Assembly (NCBI GenBank): GCA_963819655.1
Contig: CAWFXA010000002.1
Coordinates: 800,001 to 864,000, forward strand
DNA: 64,000 nt
Source of the DNA: an uncultured Chloroflexia bacterium
GTDB taxonomy: Bacteria; Chloroflexota; Limnocylindria; Limnocylindrales; CSP1-4
Direction of reading: 5' to 3'
Numbering within the stretch: the first letter of the stretch is position 1; each line of letters starts with the position of its first letter. The notes beneath the pieces were generated by a model, which had not been told where the DNA came from, did not search any database, and saw nothing but the letters and a program-made list of their open reading frames with translations. The position numbers and the translations under genes were made by a program. Shown here in pieces: positions 54,533 to 64,000 of this stretch.

Positions 54533-55904
54533 TCAGCCGACCGTGACCTGGACGCCGGCTTCCTCGAGGATCCGTTGCGCGCGCCGGGCGATCAGGTCGG
54601 CCATCGAATTGTCCGTCGCCGCGACGATCACCGCCGTGCCGTCGACCTTGGCCAGGGCCGAGCCGTACGCCTCCAGGTCGTCGAGGATCACGTGTTCGGT
54701 CTCACCGTCCATTTCGGCCGTGATCATGCCCCGGGTCGCGACCCGAATCGTCAGATGTGGCGGACCGTCGGCAGTCGCGGGTTCAGGCTCGGGCGCGGCA
54801 ACGATGGGCTCCAGGTCCGCCGCGACCAGGTCCGCCGCGACAGCGTCCGGCGACGACTCGGCTACGGGCGCGGGTTCGGGCGGTGGTCCTGGTTCGGTCG
54901 CAGGCTCGGGCGCCACGGTCGGTCCGTTCGATCCGATCGCCTCAGGCTCGGCGTCGACAAGCGGCAACGAGAAGGAAGCCGCTGACCCGGCCGCCGGTGA
55001 CGGTTCCGATTCGGCGGCCGCCGCCTCGGCCAGCGCGGGTCCGGCGGCCGCGAACGCCGACCGCGTGGACACGACGTCGGGTTCGACCTGTGGCGCCCCG
55101 TTTGGCGCGACGGAGGCCGGGAGCGTCGCGGAGGCGGGGCCCCCCTCCGCGAGCTGTATCGCGCGGCGATGCACGATCCGCCCCTCGATCCACCAGATGA
55201 GGATGACCACGAAGATCGCGCCGACCACCAACAGGCCAGTCGCGATCCCGCTCACCACGACGGCCGTCCGGATGTCACCAATGAAGAAGACCCAGGACGC
55301 GAGGCACGATGAACCCGCCGACGAGACCGATCCAGGCGGCGAAGATGAGGGCCTCGCCGCGGTTGGCCTTCGGGTCGAGGCGATGAACGACGTCGCGGAC
55401 GATCGCCGGGACGCGAAAGAGGTTGAAGATCGGGATGAAGTTCTCGACGAAGGCCATCAGGCCACTCGCCGCCGGATAGCCCAGGCCGAGCGCCGGCATC
55501 GACGTCACAGTCCGACTCAGCCAGAGCGACCACGCGATCAGCGCCAGGAGGGCGATCCCGAAGGCGAGGATCCCGACGCTGCCGACGTACGCGAGCTGGT
55601 CCTCCGTGGGGTCGATGCCGCCAAGGATCTGATCGCCCAGTGTCGCGACGAGGTTCCACTGGACGATCTGCAGCATCGCCACGACCAGGATCAGGATCGA
55701 GGCGAGGAGCGCAGCCCAGCGTGACGACCTGAAGTCGGGAAGTCCGATCTCGCGGAGCTGGCCCTTGCTGGTCGGGTCGATCGTCGCGGGATCCACGGCC
55801 GCGCGATCCTTCGGCGTGCGGCAGTTGTAGCACTGCTTGGCGCCGGCGTTGTTGATCGACCGGCACTGGCCGCAGACCCAGAATTCCCCCGCCAAGGTGC
55901 TCAT
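54533..55904 (-). pseudogene. Membrane protein (RanBP2-type Zn finger, DUF4328-like TM domain, Pro/Ala/Glu linker), split by one frameshift near 55290
   Basis: WVCGQCRSIN..CYNC; FIPIFNLFRVP; ...PRVLG continues in a shifted frame as FFIGDIRTAVVVSGIATG into ORF 54533-55258. Confidence 0.7.
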
Positions 55905-57256
55905 CAGTGTTCCGTCGTTCCGGTGAACGTCCAGGCGTCGAGCCGGATGGCCGGCACGACCACTCCTCCAAGGAAGCCCTTGAGCGTCTTGCGCTCGCTG
56001 GCCACCCCGACTGTACACGCCAGTGCCTCGAGGTAGCTCTGGGTGAAACGGAGGTTCCTGACGGGACCCACGATCCGCCCGCCCTCCACGAGGAACGTCC
56101 CGTCTCGCGTCATGCCCGTGATGATCGCGAGCTTCGGGTGGACTGGATTCGTGTAGTGGAAACGCGTGACGAGCAGACCGCGATCCAGGCCGGTGATCAG
56201 GTCATCACGTGACGAGGTGCCTGCCGCCATGAGCATGTTGAGAGGGAACGGGCCCCACGGGTTCGGGGCTGGGAGGCCGTGGCCCGTCGACGTGACGCCG
56301 TCCCGTGCCGCGGTCTGGGCGTCGTGGACGACGCCTCGACAGATACCCTTCTCGAGCAACGTCACGCGCTGCTTCGCCACGCCCTCGTAGTCGAAGGCCA
56401 TCGGCAAGCCGGCCGGGTCGTGTCCGTCGTCCACGATCGATACGAGGTCGCTGCCGATCGTCCGACCGATCTCGACGAAGCTCCGCTCCTCCTGCACGGC
56501 GAGGGCCGAGAAACCGAGGTAGCCGAGCATATCGAGCAGGTCGACGACCGCGTATTCCTCGAGGACGACCGGATAGTCGCCTGCATCGATGCCGACCGCG
56601 TTCGCGGTCGCCCGCGCCTTCTCGGCGGCCTCACGACCGATCGCCCGGGCGTCGAGCGTGGTCGCGTCGACGGAGGCGTGCTCCGCGTAGCCCGAGCCGC
56701 CGTCCGGCCCCATCGACACCGTGAGGAGCTGCGCGACCGTCCGCGTGCCGCCGACCCGGATCCCTGTGCTGCTCGCGACGGCCGTCGTGTCGGTCCCGGT
56801 CGAGAACGACCCGTAAGCGTTGACCCCGACCTCGTCGGCGGCCGCGATCACGGCACGGACGCCGTCGGCGCGGAGTTCCGGCGATGCGTTCGCCGTGGCG
56901 GTGGCGTAGGCGGCCTCGACCTCGTCGACCCTGGTCGGTGCCGGTAGCCCGGCCCAGTCCTCGAGCTCCTCGACGACCCGGGCGATGGCGCCGGCGTTCG
57001 CGGCGAGCCGCCGGAGCCCCTCCTCGTCGGTCCTGCCGGACGATGCGACCCCGACGCGCTTGCCGACCACGAACCGCAGGTTGACGGTCACGTTCGTCTC
57101 GGCGACGTTCTGATGGATCTGGCTGTTCGCGAACCTCGTGAGCGATGCATCCTCTGCAAGCACGAGGGCCTCGGCCTCGGTCGCCCCCTCGGCCAGCGCA
57201 TGCCGAAGGGCACGCTCCGCCAGAGCGAGGGCGTCGCCGGCTCGCTCGTCGTTCAC
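55904..57256 (-). CDS. tldE: TldE/PmbA family protein
   Basis: LTRFANSQIHQN, GDYPVVLE, FDYEGV, STGH, TGMTRDG. Confidence 0.88.
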   Translation of the reverse strand: MNDERAGDALALAERALRHALAEGATEAEALVLAEDASLTRFANSQIHQNVAETNVTVNLRFVVGKRVGVASSGRTDEEGLRRLAANAGAIARVVEELEDWAGLPAPTRVDEVEAAYATATANASPELRADGVRAVIAAADEVGVNAYGSFSTGTDTTAVASSTGIRVGGTRTVAQLLTVSMGPDGGSGYAEHASVDATTLDARAIGREAAEKARATANAVGIDAGDYPVVLEEYAVVDLLDMLGYLGFSALAVQEERSFVEIGRTIGSDLVSIVDDGHDPAGLPMAFDYEGVAKQRVTLLEKGICRGVVHDAQTAARDGVTSTGHGLPAPNPWGPFPLNMLMAAGTSSRDDLITGLDRGLLVTRFHYTNPVHPKLAIITGMTRDGTFLVEGGRIVGPVRNLRFTQSYLEALACTVGVASERKTLKGFLGGVVVPAIRLDAWTFTGTTEH

Positions 57257-57263
57257 CGGCCGC

Positions 57264-58712
57264 TCACCACTTGCCCACGCCGACCTGGACGTCCCGGAAG
57301 CGTGCTCCGGGGACAGCGTGACCGACGTGGCCGGTCTGGCCGGGCTCGCCCTTGCCGCAGTTGGGTGTCCCGAGCATCACGTAGCTCCGCTCGTCGCCGA
57401 CCGCGTCGCACGAGCGCCAGAACTCGTAGGTGATGCCGGTGTAGGTCGGGTTCTTGAAGAGCCTGCCCTTCTTGCCGCCCTTGATCTCGTAGGCGACCTC
57501 GGTGGCGAACTGGAAGTTGAGGCGTCGATCGTCGATCGACCACGAGCGATTGGCAGCGAGATAGAGGCCGTCGTCGGTGTCCGCGACGATGTCGTCGAGG
57601 CTCATCCCGGGGCGGGGGAGGAGGTTGATGTTGGTCATCCGGATGAGCGGGATGCGGTTCCAGCCGTCGGCACGCATCGCGCCGCTGCTGGATCGCCCGA
57701 TCCGGGGCGCGGTCTCGCGGCTGCTGAGGTACCCGACGAAGACGCCATCCTGAACGAGCGGGACGGCCTGGGCGGCGACGCCCTCGTCGTCCCAGCCGAA
57801 TGTGCCCATGCCGCCGGAGGCCGTGGCGTCCGCGACGATCGTGACAAGGTCCGACCCGTAGCGGAACCCCTCAGCCAGCTTGTCGGTGGTGAGGAAGCTC
57901 GTCCCGGCGTACGACGCCTCCGTGCCGAACACCCGATCCAGCTCCGTCGGGTGACCGCAGCTCTCGTGGACCTGCAGATAGAGCTGCGACGGATCGAGCA
58001 CGATCGTGAACCGGCCGCTCGGACACTGCGGCGCCGTGAGCAGGGCGACCGCCTCATCGGCGAGTGGTTCGGCACGGTCGCCGAGGCGCAGGCTGCGGAT
58101 GTACTCGTAGCCAGCCGCCTGCCAGCCACCGCCCGAATCCGGATAGGACCGGCGCTGATGCTCGTCACCGTCGACCGCGTTGGCCTCGACCGCCGAGCCG
58201 ACATGGGTGATGGTCTGCTCGGTGTAGGAGCCGTCTGTCGCCGCGAAGGTCTTCCATTCGCGCTGGGCGGCGTACATCGACTCGGTAAATGCGATCCCCT
58301 TCACGCGCGCGGCCGCCTGGTCGGCGGCCAGCAGGTCCCCGATCTTGCGCTCGAGCGGGACACTGAACGGGTCTTCCTCGATCGATGTCTCGTAGCGGCC
58401 ATGGGCCGCCGGTCGTGGGGCGAGGTCTGCCGGCTCGCGCAGCGCCGTGGCGCTCGCACGCGCGATCCGCACGGCCTGGGCGGCCACACGATCGGCCTCA
58501 TCGAGGCTCAGGACGTGGCTGCTGGAAAAGCCCCAGGCGCCATCGACGATGACGCGGACGCCGAACCCCTCACTCTCGTTCGAGGCGACGCCCTCGACGC
58601 GACCGGTCTTGATCGCGATCGATTCATCGAGGCGGCGGACGACCCTCGTGTCGGCGTATCCGGCGCCGAGGGACGTGGCGGTATCGAGTGCGCGCTCGGT
58701 CAGGTCTCGCAT
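57264..58712 (-). CDS. tldD: TldD family metalloprotease
   Basis: HESCGHPTELDR zinc motif, WDDEG, RMTN, CGKGEP. Confidence 0.92.
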   Translation of the reverse strand: MRDLTERALDTATSLGAGYADTRVVRRLDESIAIKTGRVEGVASNESEGFGVRVIVDGAWGFSSSHVLSLDEADRVAAQAVRIARASATALREPADLAPRPAAHGRYETSIEEDPFSVPLERKIGDLLAADQAAARVKGIAFTESMYAAQREWKTFAATDGSYTEQTITHVGSAVEANAVDGDEHQRRSYPDSGGGWQAAGYEYIRSLRLGDRAEPLADEAVALLTAPQCPSGRFTIVLDPSQLYLQVHESCGHPTELDRVFGTEASYAGTSFLTTDKLAEGFRYGSDLVTIVADATASGGMGTFGWDDEGVAAQAVPLVQDGVFVGYLSSRETAPRIGRSSSGAMRADGWNRIPLIRMTNINLLPRPGMSLDDIVADTDDGLYLAANRSWSIDDRRLNFQFATEVAYEIKGGKKGRLFKNPTYTGITYEFWRSCDAVGDERSYVMLGTPNCGKGEPGQTGHVGHAVPGARFRDVQVGVGKW

Positions 58713-58796
58713 CAGGACCGCCCAGCCTAGCAGCGGCTCGATGCGCGGACACTCGGGCGGATGCCGTATCGCCGGAGCCCCTGCGACGGGCGACCG

Positions 58797-60452
58797 TCAG
58801 ACGTTCACGATCCCGCTGAGCGCCTGGGCCGTGAGAACGACGCCGAACCCGAGGACGACGACCGCGGCGGCGAGCGGCACGGCCTGACGGACACGCGCGA
58901 CGCCGCCGTCTGCCTGGATCCGGTCGAACCGATCGCGCGCGGCGACGAGGACCAAGCCGATGCCGGTCATGACACCGGCCATGCCGAGCCCGAACGCAAA
59001 GACCAGGATGAACCCGAACGCCGGGCGGCCTGCCGCGATCGAGCCGAGCAGGATGAGCAACGCGCTGGTCGACGGGATCAACCCGCCGGCGAGGCCGAGG
59101 ACGAACAGGCTTCGCCAGGTGATCGTGGAGCCGGGAGGGGGCCCGTGGCCGTGGTCCCCGGGGTGGTCGGCGCCGTGCGCCTCGTCGACGTCGTGGTCGT
59201 GTGACGGCCCGTGTTCGTGTGCGTGGCCATGGGTGTGTGAGTGCCCGCGGTCGTGGTCATGCCCGTCCTCGTGACCGCCGCCTCCCGCGCGTCGACGCCG
59301 GATCTCGCCGAACAGCATCCAGCCACCGATCGCGACGATCGAGATCGCGGCCACCACGGGCGCCCAGCGCACGACGACATCGGGCGCCAGGGCGTCGCTC
59401 GCTGCCACCACGACCGCAGCGAGAGCCAGGATGCCGGCCGTATGAGACACGCTGACCGAGATCCCGAGCCCGAGTGCGTGCCGCGGCGAGCCGCGGGTGC
59501 CGACGAGGTAGGCCGCCATCAGCGTCTTGCCGTGGCCCGGGGTCAGAGCGTGCCCGGCACCGAGGGCCACCGCCGTGATGAGCGAGATCAGAAGGACAAG
59601 CGGCGTCAGATCGGCCTCTCGGAAGACCTCCGGGACGTCACCACCGCCGATCCCGCCGGGTACGACGGCCGGTTGGTCCGTAGGGCTCGGCTCCGGACTC
59701 GCGGTGGCAGGCGTCGAGGAGGGCGTGACGGACGGGGCAGCGCTCGGTTCCGCCGCGCCCACCGGCTCGCCATCCGGCACGTCAAAGGCCGCCAGGGCCG
59801 GACCCCCGACGGTCGCCTCGACCACGAGCGCGTCGTCCGCCAGCGGGGTGGCGATGCGGTCCTCGGGATACGACAGCAATCGGCCGGACAGCGTCTCGTC
59901 GCGCAGGTCGCCGTCGACTGCGCGCAAGGCCACCCCGGACCCGGTCGCGACGATCTCGCGCCAGCCGAGCCGCTCTGGGTACGAACCCTCGGTGAACGTG
60001 ATCGTCACGGGCGTCGACCCGATCTGCTGACCGAGCCGTGCCTCGTACGCGCACACCTGACGCATCGTCGACAGGCCACCGGCGCCCAGCGGGAACGACA
60101 AGCCAGCTTCGGTGAGGCTGAGGTCGAGCGGAGCGCCATCGACCGCCAGGGCGATCGTCCCGCGAACCTCGTGGCAGGCCGTCAGGCGACCGGCCTCGAC
60201 CTCGGCGTCGGACACGGTCCCGTCCCCGTCCAGATCGAAATCCTGACGCGCCTGGAAGGTCGGGATCTCGGCGTGATCGATGACGACGTCAAGCAGGATC
60301 CGATCGACCTCGACGCGGACTTCGGCGTAGTGATTGATCGTGAAGTTGCCGAGCGGATGAGCGCTGGCGGACGCGGGCACGGCCGTTCCAGCGCCGATCG
60401 CGATGGCGACGGCGAGCAGGCGAAGCGCGGGAGATCGACGCGGGCGTCCCAT
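58797..60452 (-). CDS. Nickel/cobalt transporter (RcnA/HoxN-like) with N-terminal extracytoplasmic domain
   Basis: Signal peptide then HPLGNFTIN; HALTPGHGKT; His-rich loop; GGLIPSTSAL, FGLGMA. Confidence 0.88.
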   Translation of the reverse strand: MGRPRRSPALRLLAVAIAIGAGTAVPASASAHPLGNFTINHYAEVRVEVDRILLDVVIDHAEIPTFQARQDFDLDGDGTVSDAEVEAGRLTACHEVRGTIALAVDGAPLDLSLTEAGLSFPLGAGGLSTMRQVCAYEARLGQQIGSTPVTITFTEGSYPERLGWREIVATGSGVALRAVDGDLRDETLSGRLLSYPEDRIATPLADDALVVEATVGGPALAAFDVPDGEPVGAAEPSAAPSVTPSSTPATASPEPSPTDQPAVVPGGIGGGDVPEVFREADLTPLVLLISLITAVALGAGHALTPGHGKTLMAAYLVGTRGSPRHALGLGISVSVSHTAGILALAAVVVAASDALAPDVVVRWAPVVAAISIVAIGGWMLFGEIRRRRAGGGGHEDGHDHDRGHSHTHGHAHEHGPSHDHDVDEAHGADHPGDHGHGPPPGSTITWRSLFVLGLAGGLIPSTSALLILLGSIAAGRPAFGFILVFAFGLGMAGVMTGIGLVLVAARDRFDRIQADGGVARVRQAVPLAAAVVVLGFGVVLTAQALSGIVNV

Positions 60453-60558
60453 GCGGGGAGGGTACGCGCGACCGCCCGCAGCGGATGAGCCGCGCAGGCA
60501 CTGCAGGGCGCCCGCTCCGAGACCGATCCGAGACCAAGGGTCGGCTACACTCGCGCCG

Positions 60559-61248
60559 ATGACACGAGCCGACGCCGAGCCCCAGCGTGGAGCGTTCATC
60601 ACGATCGATGGCCCCGACGGTGGCGGCAAGACGACGCAGGCCGGGCTCCTCGCCGCCCATCTGGCCGAGCAGGGGGTGCGCGCGCACGTCACGCGCGAGC
60701 CCGGCGGTACGTGGCTCGGGGAACGGATCCGCGAGCTGCTGCTCGAGCGGACCGGCTCGACCGCCCCGACCGACCCGTTGGCCGATGCCCTCCTGTTCAA
60801 TGCCGCCCGCCGGCAGCTCGTTCGTGAGGTCATCCGCCCGACCCTCGAATCGGGGACGGCGGTCATCTGCGCCCGCTACACCGACTCGACGCTGGCATAC
60901 CAGGGTTACGGCGCCGGCGTCGATCTCGACCACCTGCGATTCCTGGCGGAAGCAGCGACGGACGGGCTGCATCCGGATCTCACGATCATCCTCGACCTGC
61001 CCGTCGACGTCGGCCTTGCCCGCAAGGCGCCCGGCGACGTGACCCGCTTCGAGGCCGAGTACGACCTGGCATTCCATCGGCGCGTCCGCGACGGCTTCCT
61101 GGCCATCGCGCTCGGCGAACCGGGCCGCGTCGCGGTCATCGACGCCACCGGCCCGATCGACGACGTGAGTGCCGAGGTCGCGGATGTCGTCGTTCGGCGG
61201 TCGATCCTCGATGAACCGTCGGTGCCTCCCGTGCGCAATAGCAGATGA
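60559..61248 (+). CDS. tmk: Thymidylate kinase
   Basis: FITIDGPDGGGKTTQ, TREPGGT, LLFNAARRQ, RYTDSTLAYQG, PDLTIILD. Confidence 0.95.
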   Translation: MTRADAEPQRGAFITIDGPDGGGKTTQAGLLAAHLAEQGVRAHVTREPGGTWLGERIRELLLERTGSTAPTDPLADALLFNAARRQLVREVIRPTLESGTAVICARYTDSTLAYQGYGAGVDLDHLRFLAEAATDGLHPDLTIILDLPVDVGLARKAPGDVTRFEAEYDLAFHRRVRDGFLAIALGEPGRVAVIDATGPIDDVSAEVADVVVRRSILDEPSVPPVRNSR

Positions 61249-61832
61249 GCGAGTCGTCGGGCCCGCTTCCGCTCCGCGTGGCGACCGTCACGGACGACGC
61301 GGATCGTGCGGCATTGGAGCGGATCGCCCGCGGCGAACTCGGGGCGCTCGACGACCTGTACGAGCGTTACAAGACCATGGCCTATTCCATCGCATTCCGG
61401 ATCACGAATGACGCGACGCTGGCCGAGGATGTCGTCCAGGACGCTTTCCTCGGTGCGTGGCGGAATGCCGCCCGCTACATCGAGGGCCGCGGCAGCGTCA
61501 AGACGTGGTTGCTGTCGATCGTCCATCATCGCGCGATCGACGCGGTCCGACGCCGCCGAGCGACGGTCGACCTGCCGGACGGCAGCGATGCGCCGCCGCC
61601 GGCGCTGCGCATGCCCGACGTCTGGGCCGAGGTCGCCGCGAGCCTCGACGCGGCTGAGGTGCGCGCCGCGCTCGCATCCCTTACCGACGTCCAGCGCGAA
61701 GCCATCGAGCTCGCCTATTTCGGCGGGCTGACGCAGGTCGAGATCGCCGATCGCACGGGCACCCCGCTCGGGACGGTCAAGAGCCGGATGCGGCTCGGCC
61801 TTCTCGCGATGCGTCGGGTGTTGTCGCCATGA
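61245..61832 (+). CDS. ECF sigma factor (SigK-like)
   Basis: AEDVVQDAFL..W, WLLSIVHHRAID, QREAIELAYFGGLT..EIA..PLGTVKSR. Confidence 0.93.
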   Translation: MSESSGPLPLRVATVTDDADRAALERIARGELGALDDLYERYKTMAYSIAFRITNDATLAEDVVQDAFLGAWRNAARYIEGRGSVKTWLLSIVHHRAIDAVRRRRATVDLPDGSDAPPPALRMPDVWAEVAASLDAAEVRAALASLTDVQREAIELAYFGGLTQVEIADRTGTPLGTVKSRMRLGLLAMRRVLSP

Positions 61833-62671
61833 CCGACCCGCGTCGTCCCGCCGAGCTCACCCACGACGAGGCCGTCGACCTGGCGGCGTCGTTCGTGCTC
61901 GGCGCGCTCGACGAGGACGAGATGGCCGCGGTCCGCGCTCACCTGGCGTCGTGCGCCGAGCCGCACGACGAGTTCGACGAGCTCGGCGGCATGGTGCCGG
62001 TGCTACAGGCAACCCTGCGCCCGGTCGAGCCGCCGCCCGCCCTCAAGGATCGGATCATGGCCGCCGCCGCAGCCGATCTTGAGGCGCGTCGGCGCGAGGC
62101 CGCCGGGACCGAGGCAGTCGAACCGCCGGTCGCCGCCCCGGATGCGCCTGCCACGACACGTCCCTCGGGACCGGTCCCGCTGCGGAGACAACCTCGCTTG
62201 TCGTGGGTCCTCGGGCTCGCCGCCGTGCTCGCGATCGTGGCCCTCGGCGGCTGGAACCTGGCGCTCCAGTCGCAGCTGGGTGAGGCGCGCGCCTATCAGC
62301 AGCAGGTCGCGGCGGTCATCGACGCGGCGGCTGAGCCCGGCGCGCTGACCGCCGTCATGAAGAGCCCGGCCGGAGATGGTGCGACCGGGCTCGCGGTCGT
62401 CGCGCCCGACGGCACCATGAGCATCGCGATGCGCGATCTCGCCCCGACGACAGGCGCCGAGGTGTACGAGGCGTGGGCGATCCTTCCTGACTCAGCGCCG
62501 GTGCCGTTGGGCGGGTTCCAGGTCGGTTCGAACGGCGTGGGCTATCTCGAGACCGGCGGTTCGCCCACCCAGAGCGGGGTCGTGCTGGCGCTCACGCGCG
62601 AGCCCGGCCCGGGCGCGACTGCGCCGACGAGCGACCCCGTCTCTGTCGGGACCGCGACCTCGTCCGGGTAG
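61829..62671 (+). CDS. Anti-sigma factor (RskA-like, HxxxC zinc motif, one TM)
   Basis: FVLGALD..HLASC, PPPALKDRI, TM, VYEAW, LTREPGPG..PT. Confidence 0.88.
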   Translation: MTDPRRPAELTHDEAVDLAASFVLGALDEDEMAAVRAHLASCAEPHDEFDELGGMVPVLQATLRPVEPPPALKDRIMAAAAADLEARRREAAGTEAVEPPVAAPDAPATTRPSGPVPLRRQPRLSWVLGLAAVLAIVALGGWNLALQSQLGEARAYQQQVAAVIDAAAEPGALTAVMKSPAGDGATGLAVVAPDGTMSIAMRDLAPTTGAEVYEAWAILPDSAPVPLGGFQVGSNGVGYLETGGSPTQSGVVLALTREPGPGATAPTSDPVSVGTATSSG

Positions 62672-62693
62672 GCGCGCTCCGGTCGACGCGGAG

Positions 62694-63707
62694 CTAAGCC
62701 GGGGTGTTCGCCCCTGCGACGGATCCGCTGCCAGCGTCTTTGGCCCGCGTGAGCGCCTCGGTCGCGGCCGCGATCAGGGACTCCGCGTCACCGGCGTCGG
62801 CGGGGAACCGTGCGACGCCCGCCGACACGCTCACCTGCCTGCCGGCCACAGCCGGGAGAGCGGCGATCCCGTCCTGGACGCGCTTCGCGACCACGGCCCC
62901 TGCTGCCCCGGGCGCGACGAGCACGAACTCGTCACCGCCGATCCGCCCGACCGTGTCGACCAGGCGGACCGATTCCGCCAGAACGGCAGCCACGCGGCGC
63001 AGGATGTCGTCGCCGACCTGATGGCCGTCGCTCGCGTTGGCAGAGCGGAAGTCGTCGATGTCGAACAGTGCGAGCGATACCTCGCCGCCCTGCCGGCCGG
63101 CGCGCGCCAGCTCGAGCTCCAGGACGCGCGCTACGGTCCGTTCGTTGGCGATCCCGGTCAGCGGATCGGTATGGGCCATCCGCTCGAACCACTCGGAGCG
63201 CTCGGCGGAGCTCGATGCATGTCGCGCCCGGTCGGTGGCGAGGGCGGCCAGCGAGGCCAGCGAGGCGATGACGTCGCGGTCCTCGTCGGAGGTCACGTGC
63301 GGGGCCGGCCAGGTCAGGCCGAGCACGCCCAGCACCGCCTCGACTCCGCCGACGCCGATCACCAGCGGAACGTACGAGCCGATCACCGCGGTGCCGTCTG
63401 GCCCGGGCGACTGGTCGTCGTACGCAGCCCCGCCGCCGGCGGCAGCGACCGCGTACTGGTTCGCTCCGTTCTGCGCCGCATCCGTGAGCGCCACGGCCAT
63501 GTCATCATCGAGGCCGATGGTCGCGGCAACCTGGAGGCCAGGACGATCCGGGTCGACCAGGAAGATGGCGGCGGTGGTCGGGCCGAGCGCTGCGACGCCC
63601 GCGGCGAGGATGCCGGTCAAGGCCGTGTCGAGGTCCTCGGCCGTCGCGGCCTCGATCGCCGCGGGCAGATCGGTTCGGGGATCGCGGGTCGGAGCGTCGC
63701 TCGCCAC
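62694..63707 (-). CDS. GAF-GGDEF diguanylate cyclase
   Basis: HTDPLTGIAN, LFDIDDFR, GHQVGD, RLVD I-site, GGDEF; start uncertain. Confidence 0.88.
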   Translation of the reverse strand: MASDAPTRDPRTDLPAAIEAATAEDLDTALTGILAAGVAALGPTTAAIFLVDPDRPGLQVAATIGLDDDMAVALTDAAQNGANQYAVAAAGGGAAYDDQSPGPDGTAVIGSYVPLVIGVGGVEAVLGVLGLTWPAPHVTSDEDRDVIASLASLAALATDRARHASSSAERSEWFERMAHTDPLTGIANERTVARVLELELARAGRQGGEVSLALFDIDDFRSANASDGHQVGDDILRRVAAVLAESVRLVDTVGRIGGDEFVLVAPGAAGAVVAKRVQDGIAALPAVAGRQVSVSAGVARFPADAGDAESLIAAATEALTRAKDAGSGSVAGANTPA

Positions 63708-63812
63708 GGATGGACTCCTGCACGCGTCGGGTTCGGAGGGCGCATCGTACACCGCCCGAATCGCGCGGAGATGCGTTGACCCCGCACGCGCCGTCCCCCG
63801 ATACTCCGCGCG

Positions 63813-64000
63813 ATGAAGCTCGTCGTCGCGATCGTCCACAACGAGGATGCCGGGGCGCTCGTCGACGCGTTACTCGAGAAGGAGTTCCGGGCGACGCGCG
63901 TCTCGAGCTCGGGCGGGTTCCTGAAGCAATCGAACGCCACGATCTTCCTCGGCGTCGAGGAGGGCGAGGTCGAGGAGGTCGTGGCCATCGTTCGAGAGAG
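63813..64000 (+). CDS. darA: Cyclic di-AMP receptor DarA/PstA-like (PII-like, DUF970), 3'-truncated by window edge
   Basis: Not in the ORF track; translates MKLVVAIVHNEDAGALVDALLEKEFRATRVSSSGGFLKQSNATIFLGVEEGEVEEV. Confidence 0.85.
   Translation, partial: MKLVVAIVHNEDAGALVDALLEKEFRATRVSSSGGFLKQSNATIFLGVEEGEVEEVVAIVRE

Noticed and set aside
50351-58712. TldD/E plus oxidoreductase and aminotransferase as a RiPP biosynthetic cluster
   Set aside because: No precursor peptide, YcaO, radical SAM or lanthipeptide enzyme is visible; the genes look like general housekeeping.

Overview
High-GC bacterial chromosomal segment. The gene set (USP-GpgS fusion, Ycf45-R3H ATPase, DarA-like c-di-AMP receptor, TadE-PKD pseudopilins, many apparently leaderless genes) suggests Chloroflexota, possibly Ca. 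Limnocylindria; this is inference only. About 65 CDS are supported. I found no rRNA, tRNA, CRISPR array, transposase or integrase. The main result is an array of three paralogous three-gene Tad/Flp pseudopilin cassettes (TadE-PKD, TadE, TadG-like; 3794-12556), each closed by a hairpin. Each is preceded by the same direct-repeat promoter element, GCAAGGT-N5-GCAAGGT, 8-9 nt upstream of a -10-like hexamer. A fourth copy precedes a secreted protein at 2204. An OmpR-family two-component pair and a divergent 1197-aa repetitive adhesin flank the array. Other oddities: an excisionase-type HTH fused to the biotin carboxylase of a leucine-catabolism cluster; an ATP-dependent DNA ligase-like domain lacking its catalytic residues; a glucosylglycerate-type cluster with one-step and USP-fused two-step synthases; and a vapBC module wedged into that operon, with its likely operators inside the upstream gene. 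Three genes carry frameshifts that look like long-read indels. All product calls come from motif recognition, not database searches.
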